Below, piece by piece: positions 48,102 through 58,556 of a stretch of DNA of 64,000 nucleotides. The position numbers and the translations under genes were made by a program. The stretch covers positions 48,820 through 112,819 of the forward strand of contig JAFRJI010000014.1 of the NCBI GenBank assembly GCA_017432345.1. The letters run 5' to 3'. This DNA comes from Bacillota bacterium. Its GTDB lineage: Bacteria > Bacillota > Clostridia > Peptostreptococcales > Anaerovoracaceae. Below the pieces are notes generated by a model. That model was not told the DNA's origin. It made no database searches and saw only the letters and a list, made by a program, of their open reading frames with translations. Numbering within the stretch: position 1 is the first letter of the stretch; every line of letters starts with the position of its first letter.

Positions 48102-49727
48102 TCAATCTACTTTTCGTCCTATGAGCCACAGGATCAAACCTGCGATGACACATATGATGCCCGTGGTCATGATCACGTTCAGCATCCCGGCAAAATCCGA
48201 GAAGATGCCGCTTTCATATTCATCAAGATAATATTCAGCACCCCAGCTTCCCTCGTTCCAGTGCAGGAAGAAACGGGCAAAGATGGCGAAGATCCCGATG
48301 CCCGTATACAACAGACCGATCCTGCCTACGTCCCTATATCCCAAATGCGTTCTGGAATTGATCGGATAGTTCTCAAGATCCTCCGCGCTTGAGCCTTTAT
48401 ACTTCCACTTGGCCAGCACGTAGAGAATCGGTACCGCCAGCATCCACAGAAGACCGCCCATAAAATAGTCCGTTCCGTTGACCAGCGTCGCCAGAACGCA
48501 GATTGCCAGGATGACGATACAGAATACGGTGTGGAGTGCGGTTCCTCCCGGGATCGTGAAGTGGAATTCTTCTTTCGGAAGCCGGCGCTTCAGGATCATG
48601 CACGCGATGACCGTCAGCGACGTACACATGATCATAAAGAATACATCCACAACGACGAGGAAGGTGAATTTGAACGGAATCAGCAAGAGCGTGGCGCAGG
48701 CAACGACGATCAGTCCTACATAAGGAACGCCCCGGTTCTTCGTCAGGTTGGCGACGAACTTCGGGCCAAAGTGTTCGTCCGCCAGCATCAGCACGCATCT
48801 GGATCCCGTCGTGATACAGACATTGAAAATGGATCCCTGCCCGATGATGGCAACGATCATGAACGCAACACCCGCCGCCGGTCCGGCAAACTGTGTCAGC
48901 ACCGCGGAATATCCGACGCCGTCCGGCTCTGTCGTCCAGTCGGCCCATTCCCCTACCGAGCAAAGCCCTGCCATGGTCGGCAAGATGTATGTGAGGGCAA
49001 TCAGCGGAACGACGATCATCAGTGCCTTCGGAATGATCTTGTGCGCGTTCTTCACCTCGCCTGCGATAACGGACAGCTCATCAAAACCCGAATACATCCA
49101 GATGGCGATCGCCAGTCCCGCGCCGATGTGTCCGAAAGCATTGTCATATTCATCCGAGAAGAACGGCTCGACCGGGCTCTGGTTCCAGTTCATGAAACCG
49201 ACCACCGTTACTGCCGCGAAAGCAACCACGATAATAATCGAAAGCACCGTGCTGACGATGCCCACGTCCCGGACTCCGAGGATGTTGACGGTAAAGAAAA
49301 TCAGGATCATTATGACCTTCAGGCAGATGCTCTGAAAGTCCGTAAGCGGCACGATCTTGCCAAGGTAGCCAACGGCAAGGACCACATAAACGGTATTGCA
49401 AACCAGCGACCATATCACATTGCAAAACACCATGATCGCGAACCAGAATTCACCCAGGGCTTCTTTGACCCACATCAGATTTCCGCCTTCTACAGGCCGG
49501 GCCGATCCCATCTCCGCGCAAATCAGCGAATACGGCAGCGCCCAGCAGACCGGCAGAACCAGAAGCATCACAATCGTGAGCCCCGGTCCGCACTCCGGAA
49601 TCATCTCTTCGATTCCGAATGCACCGGCGCAGCAGATGGCGTAGAACATTGCAACGACTGAAAGAACGCCGACGTTTGACGCCACAACGTCTTTCACACC
49701 GTGTCTTTTTTCAGGGTGAGCTTCCAT
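48102..49727 (-). CDS. APC family amino acid/polyamine permease
   Basis: GAFGIEE, AEMGSARP, WMYSGFD; start MEAHP behind AAGGA and TGG-TATAAT promoter. Confidence 0.85.
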   Translation of the reverse strand: MEAHPEKRHGVKDVVASNVGVLSVVAMFYAICCAGAFGIEEMIPECGPGLTIVMLLVLPVCWALPYSLICAEMGSARPVEGGNLMWVKEALGEFWFAIMVFCNVIWSLVCNTVYVVLAVGYLGKIVPLTDFQSICLKVIMILIFFTVNILGVRDVGIVSTVLSIIIVVAFAAVTVVGFMNWNQSPVEPFFSDEYDNAFGHIGAGLAIAIWMYSGFDELSVIAGEVKNAHKIIPKALMIVVPLIALTYILPTMAGLCSVGEWADWTTEPDGVGYSAVLTQFAGPAAGVAFMIVAIIGQGSIFNVCITTGSRCVLMLADEHFGPKFVANLTKNRGVPYVGLIVVACATLLLIPFKFTFLVVVDVFFMIMCTSLTVIACMILKRRLPKEEFHFTIPGGTALHTVFCIVILAICVLATLVNGTDYFMGGLLWMLAVPILYVLAKWKYKGSSAEDLENYPINSRTHLGYRDVGRIGLLYTGIGIFAIFARFFLHWNEGSWGAEYYLDEYESGIFSDFAGMLNVIMTTGIICVIAGLILWLIGRKVD

Positions 49728-49874
49728 TTCTGTTTCCTTTGCTTTGATCTGGATTCTATTATACCATGACCTTGCGGAAATGGCATTCGAGTATATTGCC
49801 AATTTCCTTCCCGCAAGGTATAGTATTACCAGAAACACAAAGGGTTTTGCATAGAAGAATCGATAGGTAACAAA

Positions 49875-50645
49875 ATGAGAATCGTAGTAAAAATCGGAAC
49901 GTCAACTCTAGCCCATCCGGGCGGAAGACTGAACATCAGAAACGTTGAAGAACTGGTAAAGGTCCTGGCTGACCTTAAAAACGCCGGCCATGAAATCATC
50001 CTTGTTTCTTCCGGTGCCATCGGGATGGGCATCGGGAAGCTGAACATGGACCGGGCCCATATGGATGTGCCGTCCAAGCAGGCGGCGGCAGCGGTCGGTC
50101 AGTGCGAACTCATGCACACGTACGACACGCTCTTTTTGAAGTACAGTCACACCGTCGGCCAGATCCTCATCACGAGCGAAGACATTGAGGATCCGGAACG
50201 CCGTATGAATTTTGAAAACACCATGAAGACGCTGCTGGAGTTCGGCGCGCTCCCAATCGTCAATGAGAACGACACTGTCGCGACGACCGAGATCAACAGC
50301 GTTGGCGACAATGATACGTTAGGCGCGATCGTCGCCAAAACGATACACGCTGACGTGCTCGTCCTCATGTCCGATATCGACGGGCTTTTCACCGCGGATC
50401 CGAACAAAGACCCTTCCGCCAGACTCATCGAAACGGTGGAAGAAATCACGATGGAAATCGAGGCTTTTGCAGGAGACACGGGATCAGACCTGGGAACCGG
50501 CGGTATGGCGACGAAAATCAGCGCCGCGCAGATGGTCACGGAATCCGGCTGCGATATGGTCATCATCAACGGCAACGATCCACACCTGCTTTACGATATC
50601 GTCGAAGGCAAAAGCGCCGGAACATTGTTCAAAGGAAGAAGTTAA
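49875..50645 (+). CDS. proB: Glutamate 5-kinase (no PUA domain)
   Basis: [29 protein letters not shown]; promoter TTGCCA-17-TATAGT upstream. Confidence 0.95.
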   Translation: MRIVVKIGTSTLAHPGGRLNIRNVEELVKVLADLKNAGHEIILVSSGAIGMGIGKLNMDRAHMDVPSKQAAAAVGQCELMHTYDTLFLKYSHTVGQILITSEDIEDPERRMNFENTMKTLLEFGALPIVNENDTVATTEINSVGDNDTLGAIVAKTIHADVLVLMSDIDGLFTADPNKDPSARLIETVEEITMEIEAFAGDTGSDLGTGGMATKISAAQMVTESGCDMVIINGNDPHLLYDIVEGKSAGTLFKGRS

Positions 50646-50667
50646 AATACAGATAAGGAAACAACCC

Positions 50668-51924
50668 ATGAATACACAGGAATTAATGAGAAGCGCGAGA
50701 AGCGCGCGGACGGCTCTGGCAGCTGCCGGAACCGAAACAAAGAATAACGCCCTTATGCTCATGGCGGAGGCCCTCGAAAAGAATGCCGCCGCGATCCTTG
50801 CTGCGAACGCGGAAGATATGGAATCCCAGCGCGGCATCATCTCCGATGTCATGCTGGACCGGCTCGCCCTCAGCGAAGAACGGATCCGGGGAATGGCGGA
50901 TGGGATCCGTCAGGTCGCCGCTCTGCCCGACCCGGTCGGCAAAGTTCTGGCGACACACGTACGCCCGAACGGCATCGAAATTTCCAAAGTTCTCGTCCCT
51001 ATGGGCGTCATCGCCATTATCTATGAAAGCCGTCCAAATGTAACTTCCGACGCAGCCGCGCTCGCTATCAAGGCCGGCTCTGCCTGCGTTCTGAGATGCG
51101 GCAAGGAAGCCCACCGGTCGGCGGCAGAAATCGTAAAAGCTCTGAAAATCGGACTTGCTGAAGCCGGTCTGCCGGAGAACTCCATCGAACTCATCGAAGA
51201 CACGACCCGGCAGTCCGCTTCAGAGATCATGGAGGCGAGAGGCATCATAGACCTGCTGATCCCGCGCGGCGGAAAAGGGCTCATCAGTTCCTGCGTGGAC
51301 AATGCCAAAGTTCCCATTCTCGAAACCGGAACGGGCATCTGTCATGTCTACGTAGATAAAGACGCGAATCAGGAGATCGCCCTCGATATTCTGGAAAACG
51401 CCAAGACAAGCCGTCCTTCGGTCTGCAACGCTGCGGAAGTATGCATCGTTCATAAAGACATCGCGGAAGAATTTCTGCCGAAGTACTACGACCGCTTGGT
51501 GGTGAAGCGCCAGGAAACGGGATTGACCCCTGTCGAACTGCGGCTCGATGAGACCGCGGCCGGCATCATTGACGGCTCGACGGCAGGTCCGGAAGATTTT
51601 GATACGGAATTTTTGAACTACATCATGGGCGTCAAGGTCGTCGGCAGTGTGGAAGAAGCCATCGCGCACATCGATGCGCACTCGACCGGCCACTCCGACT
51701 GCATCATCACGGAAAACGAACAGGCAGCTGACCTCTTCACATCCCTGGTGGATTCCGCGGCCGTCTACGTCAACGTGTCCACCCGCTTCACGGACGGTGG
51801 CGAGTTCGGACAGGGCTGCGAGATGGGTATCTCCACGCAAAAGCTCCACGCCCGCGGACCGCTCGGTCTTGAAGAGATCTGTACGTTCAAATACATCATC
51901 CGGGGCAACGGGCAGATCCGCTAG
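50668..51924 (+). CDS. proA: Gamma-glutamyl phosphate reductase
   Basis: [32 protein letters not shown]. Confidence 0.96.
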   Translation: MNTQELMRSARSARTALAAAGTETKNNALMLMAEALEKNAAAILAANAEDMESQRGIISDVMLDRLALSEERIRGMADGIRQVAALPDPVGKVLATHVRPNGIEISKVLVPMGVIAIIYESRPNVTSDAAALAIKAGSACVLRCGKEAHRSAAEIVKALKIGLAEAGLPENSIELIEDTTRQSASEIMEARGIIDLLIPRGGKGLISSCVDNAKVPILETGTGICHVYVDKDANQEIALDILENAKTSRPSVCNAAEVCIVHKDIAEEFLPKYYDRLVVKRQETGLTPVELRLDETAAGIIDGSTAGPEDFDTEFLNYIMGVKVVGSVEEAIAHIDAHSTGHSDCIITENEQAADLFTSLVDSAAVYVNVSTRFTDGGEFGQGCEMGISTQKLHARGPLGLEEICTFKYIIRGNGQIR

Positions 51925-51977
51925 ACCCTGACGCATCATTAAAACATCTTTCCTGATCCACAGAGAGGTAACAACAT

Positions 51978-53141
51978 ATGCAGAACCAAATCAGAGGTGA
52001 ATACAGCAAATACATCGATGAAGCCCGCCGCCCGGTCCCTACTCCGGAGAATATATGCAGACCGGATGGAAGCTGTGAGTTCGGAACGTTCGACAAGGAA
52101 TTTGAACAGATGGATTTCCTGAAACTCAAGAAACCCACTTCGTTGCCGAATCTGTTCAACCGTCTCAAGCTGACTTTGTGGCAAGCTACGGAAGTCCACT
52201 TTGAACACGGTGTGCTCCTGGCCGTCGTCTGTGACATGGGCATCTTCGGTAAAACGATGAATATCTTCTATGACAAGCGGACTCAAAAGACCTACTGCTG
52301 GGACACCAATCTCAAAAGCGCTGAAACGAGTATCGCTCCAAATGTCATCAACGGTTCGGTATCCTACGCCGAAACACCGGTCAGCTTCGTCCGGTATGAA
52401 AACTGGCTGAACGAAGGACGGGTGGACCTTTCCGGGGCGCATAAAGGCAAGTGCCTCATCACGGATCCGCGCAGCGATAAGACCGCCGTTGCGGCCATCA
52501 AAGAGAACTATGGCGAGGCGGAGATTTTTTACGACTTTCACCTTAGCCGGCTGTCAGATCCGAGCATCGTCAGCATTCCGTTTTCGGAAACGAGACCGAG
52601 ACCGCTCTACTCCCAGAAAGATTTCCTCAAAACAGAAGGATTCCTGACCATAAACGGGGAGAAGATGGTATGCGATGAGAATACCGTCGCGATCATCGAC
52701 GACCATAGAGGATACTACCCTCGCCATGCCCACTACGACTGGGTCACGACATTGGGCAGATATGACTTTGACGGGGAGAAAAAATTCTTTGCCATCAACC
52801 TGACGCACAATCAGTCCGTCGGCGAAGTCAAATACAATGAGAATCTCATCTGGCTGGAGGGCGCTACGAGCATCCTGCCGCCGGTGACCTTTACCCGTAA
52901 ACCGGAAACGGCTGATTTCAGGAACTACGCGGAGTGGCTTATCAAGGATGAATTCGGCATGGTGGACCTGACCTTCAAGGTGTTCAGCCTGAACCCTATG
53001 ATTCTGCACGCCGGGATCGTGAACATCGATTATTACGTCACCTTCGGTGTGCTTGAGGGTTTTGTCCTTGACGAGGCCGGAAAGAAATACGATCTGACCG
53101 GCTGCATGGGAATGGGAGAAGACAAGACACTTCTCCTATAA
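51978..53141 (+). CDS. DUF2804-like protein of unknown function
   Basis: YSQK, DDHRGYYP..YDW, NENLIW patterns; AGAGG SD. Confidence 0.65.
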   Translation: MQNQIRGEYSKYIDEARRPVPTPENICRPDGSCEFGTFDKEFEQMDFLKLKKPTSLPNLFNRLKLTLWQATEVHFEHGVLLAVVCDMGIFGKTMNIFYDKRTQKTYCWDTNLKSAETSIAPNVINGSVSYAETPVSFVRYENWLNEGRVDLSGAHKGKCLITDPRSDKTAVAAIKENYGEAEIFYDFHLSRLSDPSIVSIPFSETRPRPLYSQKDFLKTEGFLTINGEKMVCDENTVAIIDDHRGYYPRHAHYDWVTTLGRYDFDGEKKFFAINLTHNQSVGEVKYNENLIWLEGATSILPPVTFTRKPETADFRNYAEWLIKDEFGMVDLTFKVFSLNPMILHAGIVNIDYYVTFGVLEGFVLDEAGKKYDLTGCMGMGEDKTLLL

Positions 53142-53149
53142 TTAATAGA

Positions 53150-53812
53150 CTATTCTATTTCAATCATTTCGTCAGCTGTGCCAATCAACCCTTCGCTGCT
53201 GTGCGTGGCGATGAGCAGTGTTTTACCGGCTGCCTTCAGTTCCTTTAGAAACTGTGTCAGCCAGTTCTGTGTTTTTTTGTCCAATCCTGCATACGGTTCA
53301 TCCAGTATCAGTACATCCGGATTCAGTGACATGACAGATGCCAAAGCCACCTTCTTTTTCTGGCCGCCACTCAGATGATATGGGGCTTTGTCAGTAAGTT
53401 CCCGCAAGCCAAATATTTCCAGGCAGTCTTCGACTCTCGCTTCTACTTCCTGATCGGAAAGACCCATCTGTCTCGGTCCGAATGCGATTTCATCATAAAC
53501 TCTTGGATTAAACAACATCACATCGGGTGACTGGAACAGAAACCCGATTTTTTTATGAAACAGTTTTGACATTTCGTTGTCCTTTAGATAATTTTTCGTG
53601 ATTTCTGCACCATCAAAAATGTAGCTCCCTTTCTCAGGGAATGACAGCCCTGTGAGAATACGGAACAGCGTGGTCTTTCCAGAACCATTGTCTCCTTCGA
53701 CGATCACACAGCTGCCACGTACAACGGACATCGAAAAATCTTCCAATACGGGCGTTTCATCATTGTTATAGCGAAATGTAATATTGTTCAATTCGATTAG
53801 ATTCATTTTCAA
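53150..53812 (-). CDS. ECF Ni/Co transporter ATPase (NikO/CbiO)
   Basis: GDNGSGKT, LSGGQKK, LDEP, ATH. Confidence 0.9.
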   Translation of the reverse strand: MKMNLIELNNITFRYNNDETPVLEDFSMSVVRGSCVIVEGDNGSGKTTLFRILTGLSFPEKGSYIFDGAEITKNYLKDNEMSKLFHKKIGFLFQSPDVMLFNPRVYDEIAFGPRQMGLSDQEVEARVEDCLEIFGLRELTDKAPYHLSGGQKKKVALASVMSLNPDVLILDEPYAGLDKKTQNWLTQFLKELKAAGKTLLIATHSSEGLIGTADEMIEIE

Positions 53813-54522
53813 AGTCCTTTGTAATCATCGGTAAATCCGCGGCATCTCATCGCCTCATACATCTGTTCATTCATCTCTGTTCCCCTGATAAATGTGACCC
53901 CCATCACGCCGCCGATGGACGAATACTTTTTATCGTGCTTTCCTACGGCACGAAATTGCATAGATGTCAAAAGATCCTGAATCAGATTCCCCAGCAGCAC
54001 GATATATTTTAACGTAATATCCAGTGTAAATACGAATATTCCCGGAACATGGATCCTCCTGAGTGCGAGGGTAACGTGATTCCACTGGGTCGTATGGTTA
54101 AAGAGCGTCACCATGGTTACACAGAGGAATACCTTCGCTACGACAATCAGATTATTTGGAATGCCCGCAGGATTCATTATCATGGCAGGCACGAACAACA
54201 CAAAAGCCAAGGTAGACGCTGCAAGCGGGGGCTTCAGTACCCCCCATAGGTCTTTGGCCGGCCAGGTGCAGAGATACGCCAGTATGACTGCTGCGATGCC
54301 CAATATGACGATACGATTCTGACAGGCTGAAGCGATGACAATCATGACAAAAAGCCCAATCAGTTTTACCAATGCAGGAATGTGTCTCTTCTTTTCGTGC
54401 CCTGCCTGAACCTTCAGTCTGGACATGATATTCCCGATAGTCTTAATCGTCTTTATAGCAAATGTGCCGCCATCTTTTGGCGGCACATAATTATCAGTTT
54501 GTTTCATCCATTCAGGAAGCAT
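53809..54522 (-). CDS. ECF transmembrane T component (NikQ/CbiQ)
   Basis: AMRCRGF motif; operon position. Confidence 0.88.
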   Translation of the reverse strand: MLPEWMKQTDNYVPPKDGGTFAIKTIKTIGNIMSRLKVQAGHEKKRHIPALVKLIGLFVMIVIASACQNRIVILGIAAVILAYLCTWPAKDLWGVLKPPLAASTLAFVLFVPAMIMNPAGIPNNLIVVAKVFLCVTMVTLFNHTTQWNHVTLALRRIHVPGIFVFTLDITLKYIVLLGNLIQDLLTSMQFRAVGKHDKKYSSIGGVMGVTFIRGTEMNEQMYEAMRCRGFTDDYKGL

Positions 54523-55564
54523 TAACTGTATCCCGTCCTTTCATAGGTATGGAAATCAATTTGAATAAGATAATCAGCAAAGCGACGCCTATCACTGCCG
54601 AAAGAATATAGGCGAGCACCTCACCGACGCCTCCCATGGTATAATCCGGCATCAGTACATCCAGAGACCATCCGTTTTCCAATCCGCTCGGCGTATATCC
54701 AAGCGGCGCTCCTCCTGAAGACGTTTCAGCGATTTCCTCAGCGCCCCATTCTCCCCAAGCGGTTCCTGTTGCCAGAAGGCCAAGTGGCGTTGCGGCAATC
54801 ATAACAGCAATCAAGGCGAATACAGGAACGTGACTTCCCTTTTCCTCTGCAGGATGATCCGCCAACCGTTCTGCTCTGATTGCATCATAGGTAAGGTCTG
54901 GTGATGTTTTCATTACAAACGCGTATATAACAACCGTGAAAATCGCCTCAATGACGCCTGCGACTGCCAGATGCGGAATCGTCATAGCAGGAATCGCTAC
55001 GGACAGATCATATGGGCAATACAAGGCATTCCCTGCGGCGTCGTGGAACAAAATCGGCTGTACTCCAAATTCAATCGCAGCGCAAAGCGCGGCCAGATTG
55101 ATTCCGATATAGGAACCGATTGCCGCTGCGACAAGCTTTTTCCCGGTTCCGATGCTTTCATTTCCGCCGAAAAGCTTCACAAACAAGCGGTAAAAGCCAT
55201 ACCCTACGTATGGAAGGACAAATGCCATATTGAAGCAATTCGCCCCGAAGGCAAGAATACCCCCATCGCCAAATAGGACAGCCTGCAATAGTAGCGCAAT
55301 GGACACTGCTATGCAGGCGGCATTTGGGCCGAAGAGAAGCGCAATCAATGTCCCTCCAACTGCGTGCCCCGTCGTTCCTCCGACAAGTGGAACGTTGAAC
55401 ATCATTCCTAGAAATGAAAAAGCCGCTCCTACTCCAATCAATGGAATCTTTTCTTTCGGCAGCTCTTCATTGACTTTTTTAACTGCATGGACCCAAACAG
55501 GAACCATGGCGGCTCCCATGACTCCGCAAGTCGCAGGTGATAGGTAATTCTCAGGAATATGCAT
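54512..55564 (-). CDS. ECF substrate component, fused NikMN/CbiMN (PDGLE-type C-terminus)
   Basis: N-terminal MHIPENYL metal-binding start, GTTGH, DGG; C-terminal WGEW...MPDY. Confidence 0.9.
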   Translation of the reverse strand: MHIPENYLSPATCGVMGAAMVPVWVHAVKKVNEELPKEKIPLIGVGAAFSFLGMMFNVPLVGGTTGHAVGGTLIALLFGPNAACIAVSIALLLQAVLFGDGGILAFGANCFNMAFVLPYVGYGFYRLFVKLFGGNESIGTGKKLVAAAIGSYIGINLAALCAAIEFGVQPILFHDAAGNALYCPYDLSVAIPAMTIPHLAVAGVIEAIFTVVIYAFVMKTSPDLTYDAIRAERLADHPAEEKGSHVPVFALIAVMIAATPLGLLATGTAWGEWGAEEIAETSSGGAPLGYTPSGLENGWSLDVLMPDYTMGGVGEVLAYILSAVIGVALLIILFKLISIPMKGRDTVNAS

Positions 55565-55586
55565 AGCTTGTGCCTCCCTTTATCAT

Positions 55587-55637
55587 GTTAAAGTAATTTT
55601 AACTGTATCTGGAGACTCGCACAAGCGGGGTGGGGGG
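55587..55637 (-). promoter_or_regulatory. nikMN promoter with palindrome over the -10 and a C/G tract next to the -35
   Basis: TTGTGC-17-TAAAAT; GTTAAA-N5-TTTAAC at 55587-55603; GGGGTGGGGGG at 55627-55637. Confidence 0.45.
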
Positions 55638-55645
55638 TTATTTTA

Positions 55646-55939
55646 TCAGAGAAATTTTTGGATCGCCTTCTGGAACTCCTCAACCGATTCCGTATCTCCA
55701 CCCTCAATTGCGTGCACGATGCAATGGGTAAGATGCTCATTGATGATCACCTTGCCAAGATTGTGCAGAGCCGATTCTACGGCAGAGAGCTGAATCAGCA
55801 CATCAGCGCAGTCTTCGTCATTCTCGATCATTGTTTTCACGCGCTGCAGATGACCGCTTGCTTTTGCGAGACGATTCAATTGCTTTTTCTTTTCTTCCTG
55901 AGAATGAAAATGTTTATGAGAATGCATTGTTTCACTCAT
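55646..55939 (-). CDS. CsoR/RcnR family metal-sensing regulator (His-rich N-terminus, H-C-H-C fingerprint)
   Basis: HSHKHFH, NRL..ASGHL, DCADVLIQL, EHLTHC. Confidence 0.9.
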   Translation of the reverse strand: MSETMHSHKHFHSQEEKKKQLNRLAKASGHLQRVKTMIENDEDCADVLIQLSAVESALHNLGKVIINEHLTHCIVHAIEGGDTESVEEFQKAIQKFL

Positions 55940-56137
55940 GTGTTTACTCCTGTTTGGTTTCTCGATTCATATTATACCTTAATTATACAATTTCAACATT
56001 TCAATTTATACATTTTGTTTTATGCAATATTTTTCTCTTATTATAACTTCAATTCGCTTTAGGCTGATTGTTTGTATTTCTTAGTATTTCATGCTATATT
56101 CATGTTGCTGATGTTGCAGTAAAGGACGGACGTACAT

Positions 56138-57352
56138 ATGAAAACACTTAAGCATCTCATCGTACTGATTCTCATATTGGCACTGGCATTGATGACCGGC
56201 TGTGGCAGCGAAGATACTTCGGAAGACGGCACTGCGGTCAATAAGGCTTCCGCGATGATCGGTAGCCTGACATCTCCGGTCACTTCTGAAAATATCGCCG
56301 ATTACGATTTCTCAGACCGTGCGATGACCTATCTTGAACGCATTGGCACGGACTTCAAAAACCGCGACCTCGAAAGTGGAGATACAAATAACGCGCACGA
56401 TGCGGCGCGCGATTGGATCATCAGCGAATTAAAGAGTGCCGGCTATAGCGATGAACAGATCACTCTGGAGAGTTTTGATGTGGACGATTCTAACAACGTC
56501 GAAGGAAACAACATTATTCTCACTGTAGAAGGCGAAGATCCTTCCAAACAGATCATCGCCGGGGCCCACTATGATGGAGACGGCGTCGGCGACAATGGTT
56601 CGGGAACGGCCTTGCTCCTGGCAAACGCCGTCGGGCTTCAGAACGTCAAACCGCATTATACGGTCAAATACATTTTCTTTGACGGGGAAGAAGAAGGATG
56701 CCTGGGCAGCCTATACAATACCGAGCAGATGACCGAAGAAGAAATCGACAACACCATCTATATGGTCAATCTTGATGCTTTGGCTTTCGGGGATTACTGC
56801 AACATCTACGGAGGGGCTTTCGGTGACGCCAGCATGGCGATTGCCGTTGATAATGACAATCTTGAAAGACCGGAAGCAACCGAGGCCTATGGTTTTGCAG
56901 CGGATACTGCGGAGAATCTGGGATTCAACGTAATGCGCACCGAAGACCTGGACGGTTATTATGCAAAACACGGAACCGGTCCTGCGATCAAAGACGGCAC
57001 CCTGTACACCAACCCATGGGCCCCGGAGAATCCTGCGCCGGCGAACAATACGGCCATGTCGCCTGCAACGATCCCGGCAAGCGATCACATCGGTTACATG
57101 GGTCTGGGTATCGAATATATCTACTTTGAAGCGACCAACTGGTTCGCGGGAAACGACGAAGATGGCGAGGATGGGATATCCTTTACGGGATACATCGAAA
57201 CCTATGATGACTCCCTCGGTGAAGACGGGATGTTCATGAACACGGAGTACGACACCCTGGAGAACCTCAACGAATACTTCCCTGGCAGAGCGAAAAAGCA
57301 TTTCCAACTGTACTCACCGCTTCTGTCCGCACTGCTTCTCGTCTCCGAATAA
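56138..57352 (+). CDS. M28 family peptidase lipoprotein (Iap-like)
   Basis: Lipobox LMTGC; GAHYD, DNGSG, GEEEG, NLD, SDH zinc motifs. Confidence 0.85.
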   Translation: MKTLKHLIVLILILALALMTGCGSEDTSEDGTAVNKASAMIGSLTSPVTSENIADYDFSDRAMTYLERIGTDFKNRDLESGDTNNAHDAARDWIISELKSAGYSDEQITLESFDVDDSNNVEGNNIILTVEGEDPSKQIIAGAHYDGDGVGDNGSGTALLLANAVGLQNVKPHYTVKYIFFDGEEEGCLGSLYNTEQMTEEEIDNTIYMVNLDALAFGDYCNIYGGAFGDASMAIAVDNDNLERPEATEAYGFAADTAENLGFNVMRTEDLDGYYAKHGTGPAIKDGTLYTNPWAPENPAPANNTAMSPATIPASDHIGYMGLGIEYIYFEATNWFAGNDEDGEDGISFTGYIETYDDSLGEDGMFMNTEYDTLENLNEYFPGRAKKHFQLYSPLLSALLLVSE

Positions 57353-57365
57353 GCAGTTAGTCTAA

Positions 57366-58547
57366 TTACCAGCTTCCTGCAACGCCGGACTCGTATGCCG
57401 CCTGGGCAACCGCCTTTGCAACGGCGTCTTTTACTCTCGGATCGAAAGCCTTCGGGATAATATAATCCGCATGCAGCTCCTCGTCGGAAATCAGCTCGGC
57501 GAGGGCTTTTGCTGCCGCCAGTTTCATCGGCTCATTGATGTCGGAAGCGTGGGCGTCGAAAGTCCCCCGGAAGATTCCCGGGAAGGCCACGACGTTGTTG
57601 ATCTGGTTCGGATAATCCGAACGGCCTGTAGAAATCACGGCCGCGCCTGCCTTTTTTGCCTCTTCCGGAAAAATCTCCGGTACCGGATTCGCGCAAGCAA
57701 AGATGATCGGATCCTTCGCCATGGAGGCGACCATTTCTTTAGTCACCAGGCCCGGCGCCGAAACGCCGATGAATACATCCGCGCCTTTCATGGCATCGGC
57801 CAGGCTTCCCTTCATGCCTTCAAGATTCGTGACCTCTGCCATTTCTTCCTTGATCCAGTTCATGTTTTCTTCTCTGCCTTTGTAGATGATGCCGCAGCGG
57901 TCCGTCATAATGATATCTTTGAATCCGGCATGCAGCAGGATGGTCGTGATAGCGATGGCTGCCGCGCCCGCACCGGAAGTGACGATCCGAACATCCTCTT
58001 TCTTCTTTCCTACTACCTTCAAGGCGTTGGTCAGACCGGCGAGTGTGATGACTGCCGTTCCGTGCTGATCATCGTGGAAGATCGGAATATCACAGCGTTC
58101 CTTCAGCTTTCTCTCGATCTCGAAACATCTCGGCGCGCTAATGTCCTCCAGGTTGATGCCGCCAAAGGATCCGGAAATCTGATAGATAGTTTCTACAATC
58201 GTGTCTACATCCTGGGACTTCACACAAATCGGGAAGGCATCTACATCGCCGAAGGACTTGAAGAGCACGCATTTGCCCTCCATGACCGGCATGCCTGCCT
58301 CCGGGCCGATGTTGCCAAGACCCAGCACAGCGGATCCGTCGGTAATGACGGCGCACAAATTAGCCCGCCGTGTCAGTGCATAACTCTTTTCTTTATTCTT
58401 CTGGATCTCCAGGCATGGCTGTGCCACACCCGGGGTGTAAGCCAGTGACAGATCCTCTTCATTATTGACCGGAACGGTGGCGATGACCTCGATCTTCCCG
58501 TTCCATTCCTCTTCATGCAGTCTTAATGATTCTTTCGCGTAATCCAT
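57366..58547 (-). CDS. NAD(P)-dependent malic enzyme
   Basis: [38 protein letters not shown]. Confidence 0.94.
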   Translation of the reverse strand: MDYAKESLRLHEEEWNGKIEVIATVPVNNEEDLSLAYTPGVAQPCLEIQKNKEKSYALTRRANLCAVITDGSAVLGLGNIGPEAGMPVMEGKCVLFKSFGDVDAFPICVKSQDVDTIVETIYQISGSFGGINLEDISAPRCFEIERKLKERCDIPIFHDDQHGTAVITLAGLTNALKVVGKKKEDVRIVTSGAGAAAIAITTILLHAGFKDIIMTDRCGIIYKGREENMNWIKEEMAEVTNLEGMKGSLADAMKGADVFIGVSAPGLVTKEMVASMAKDPIIFACANPVPEIFPEEAKKAGAAVISTGRSDYPNQINNVVAFPGIFRGTFDAHASDINEPMKLAAAKALAELISDEELHADYIIPKAFDPRVKDAVAKAVAQAAYESGVAGSW

Positions 58548-58556
58548 ATCTGTTGT

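Noticed and set aside
49875-50645. ProB lacking the PUA domain, and no T-box before proBA
   Set aside because: Short ProB forms are common in Firmicutes, and the leader is too short for a T-box
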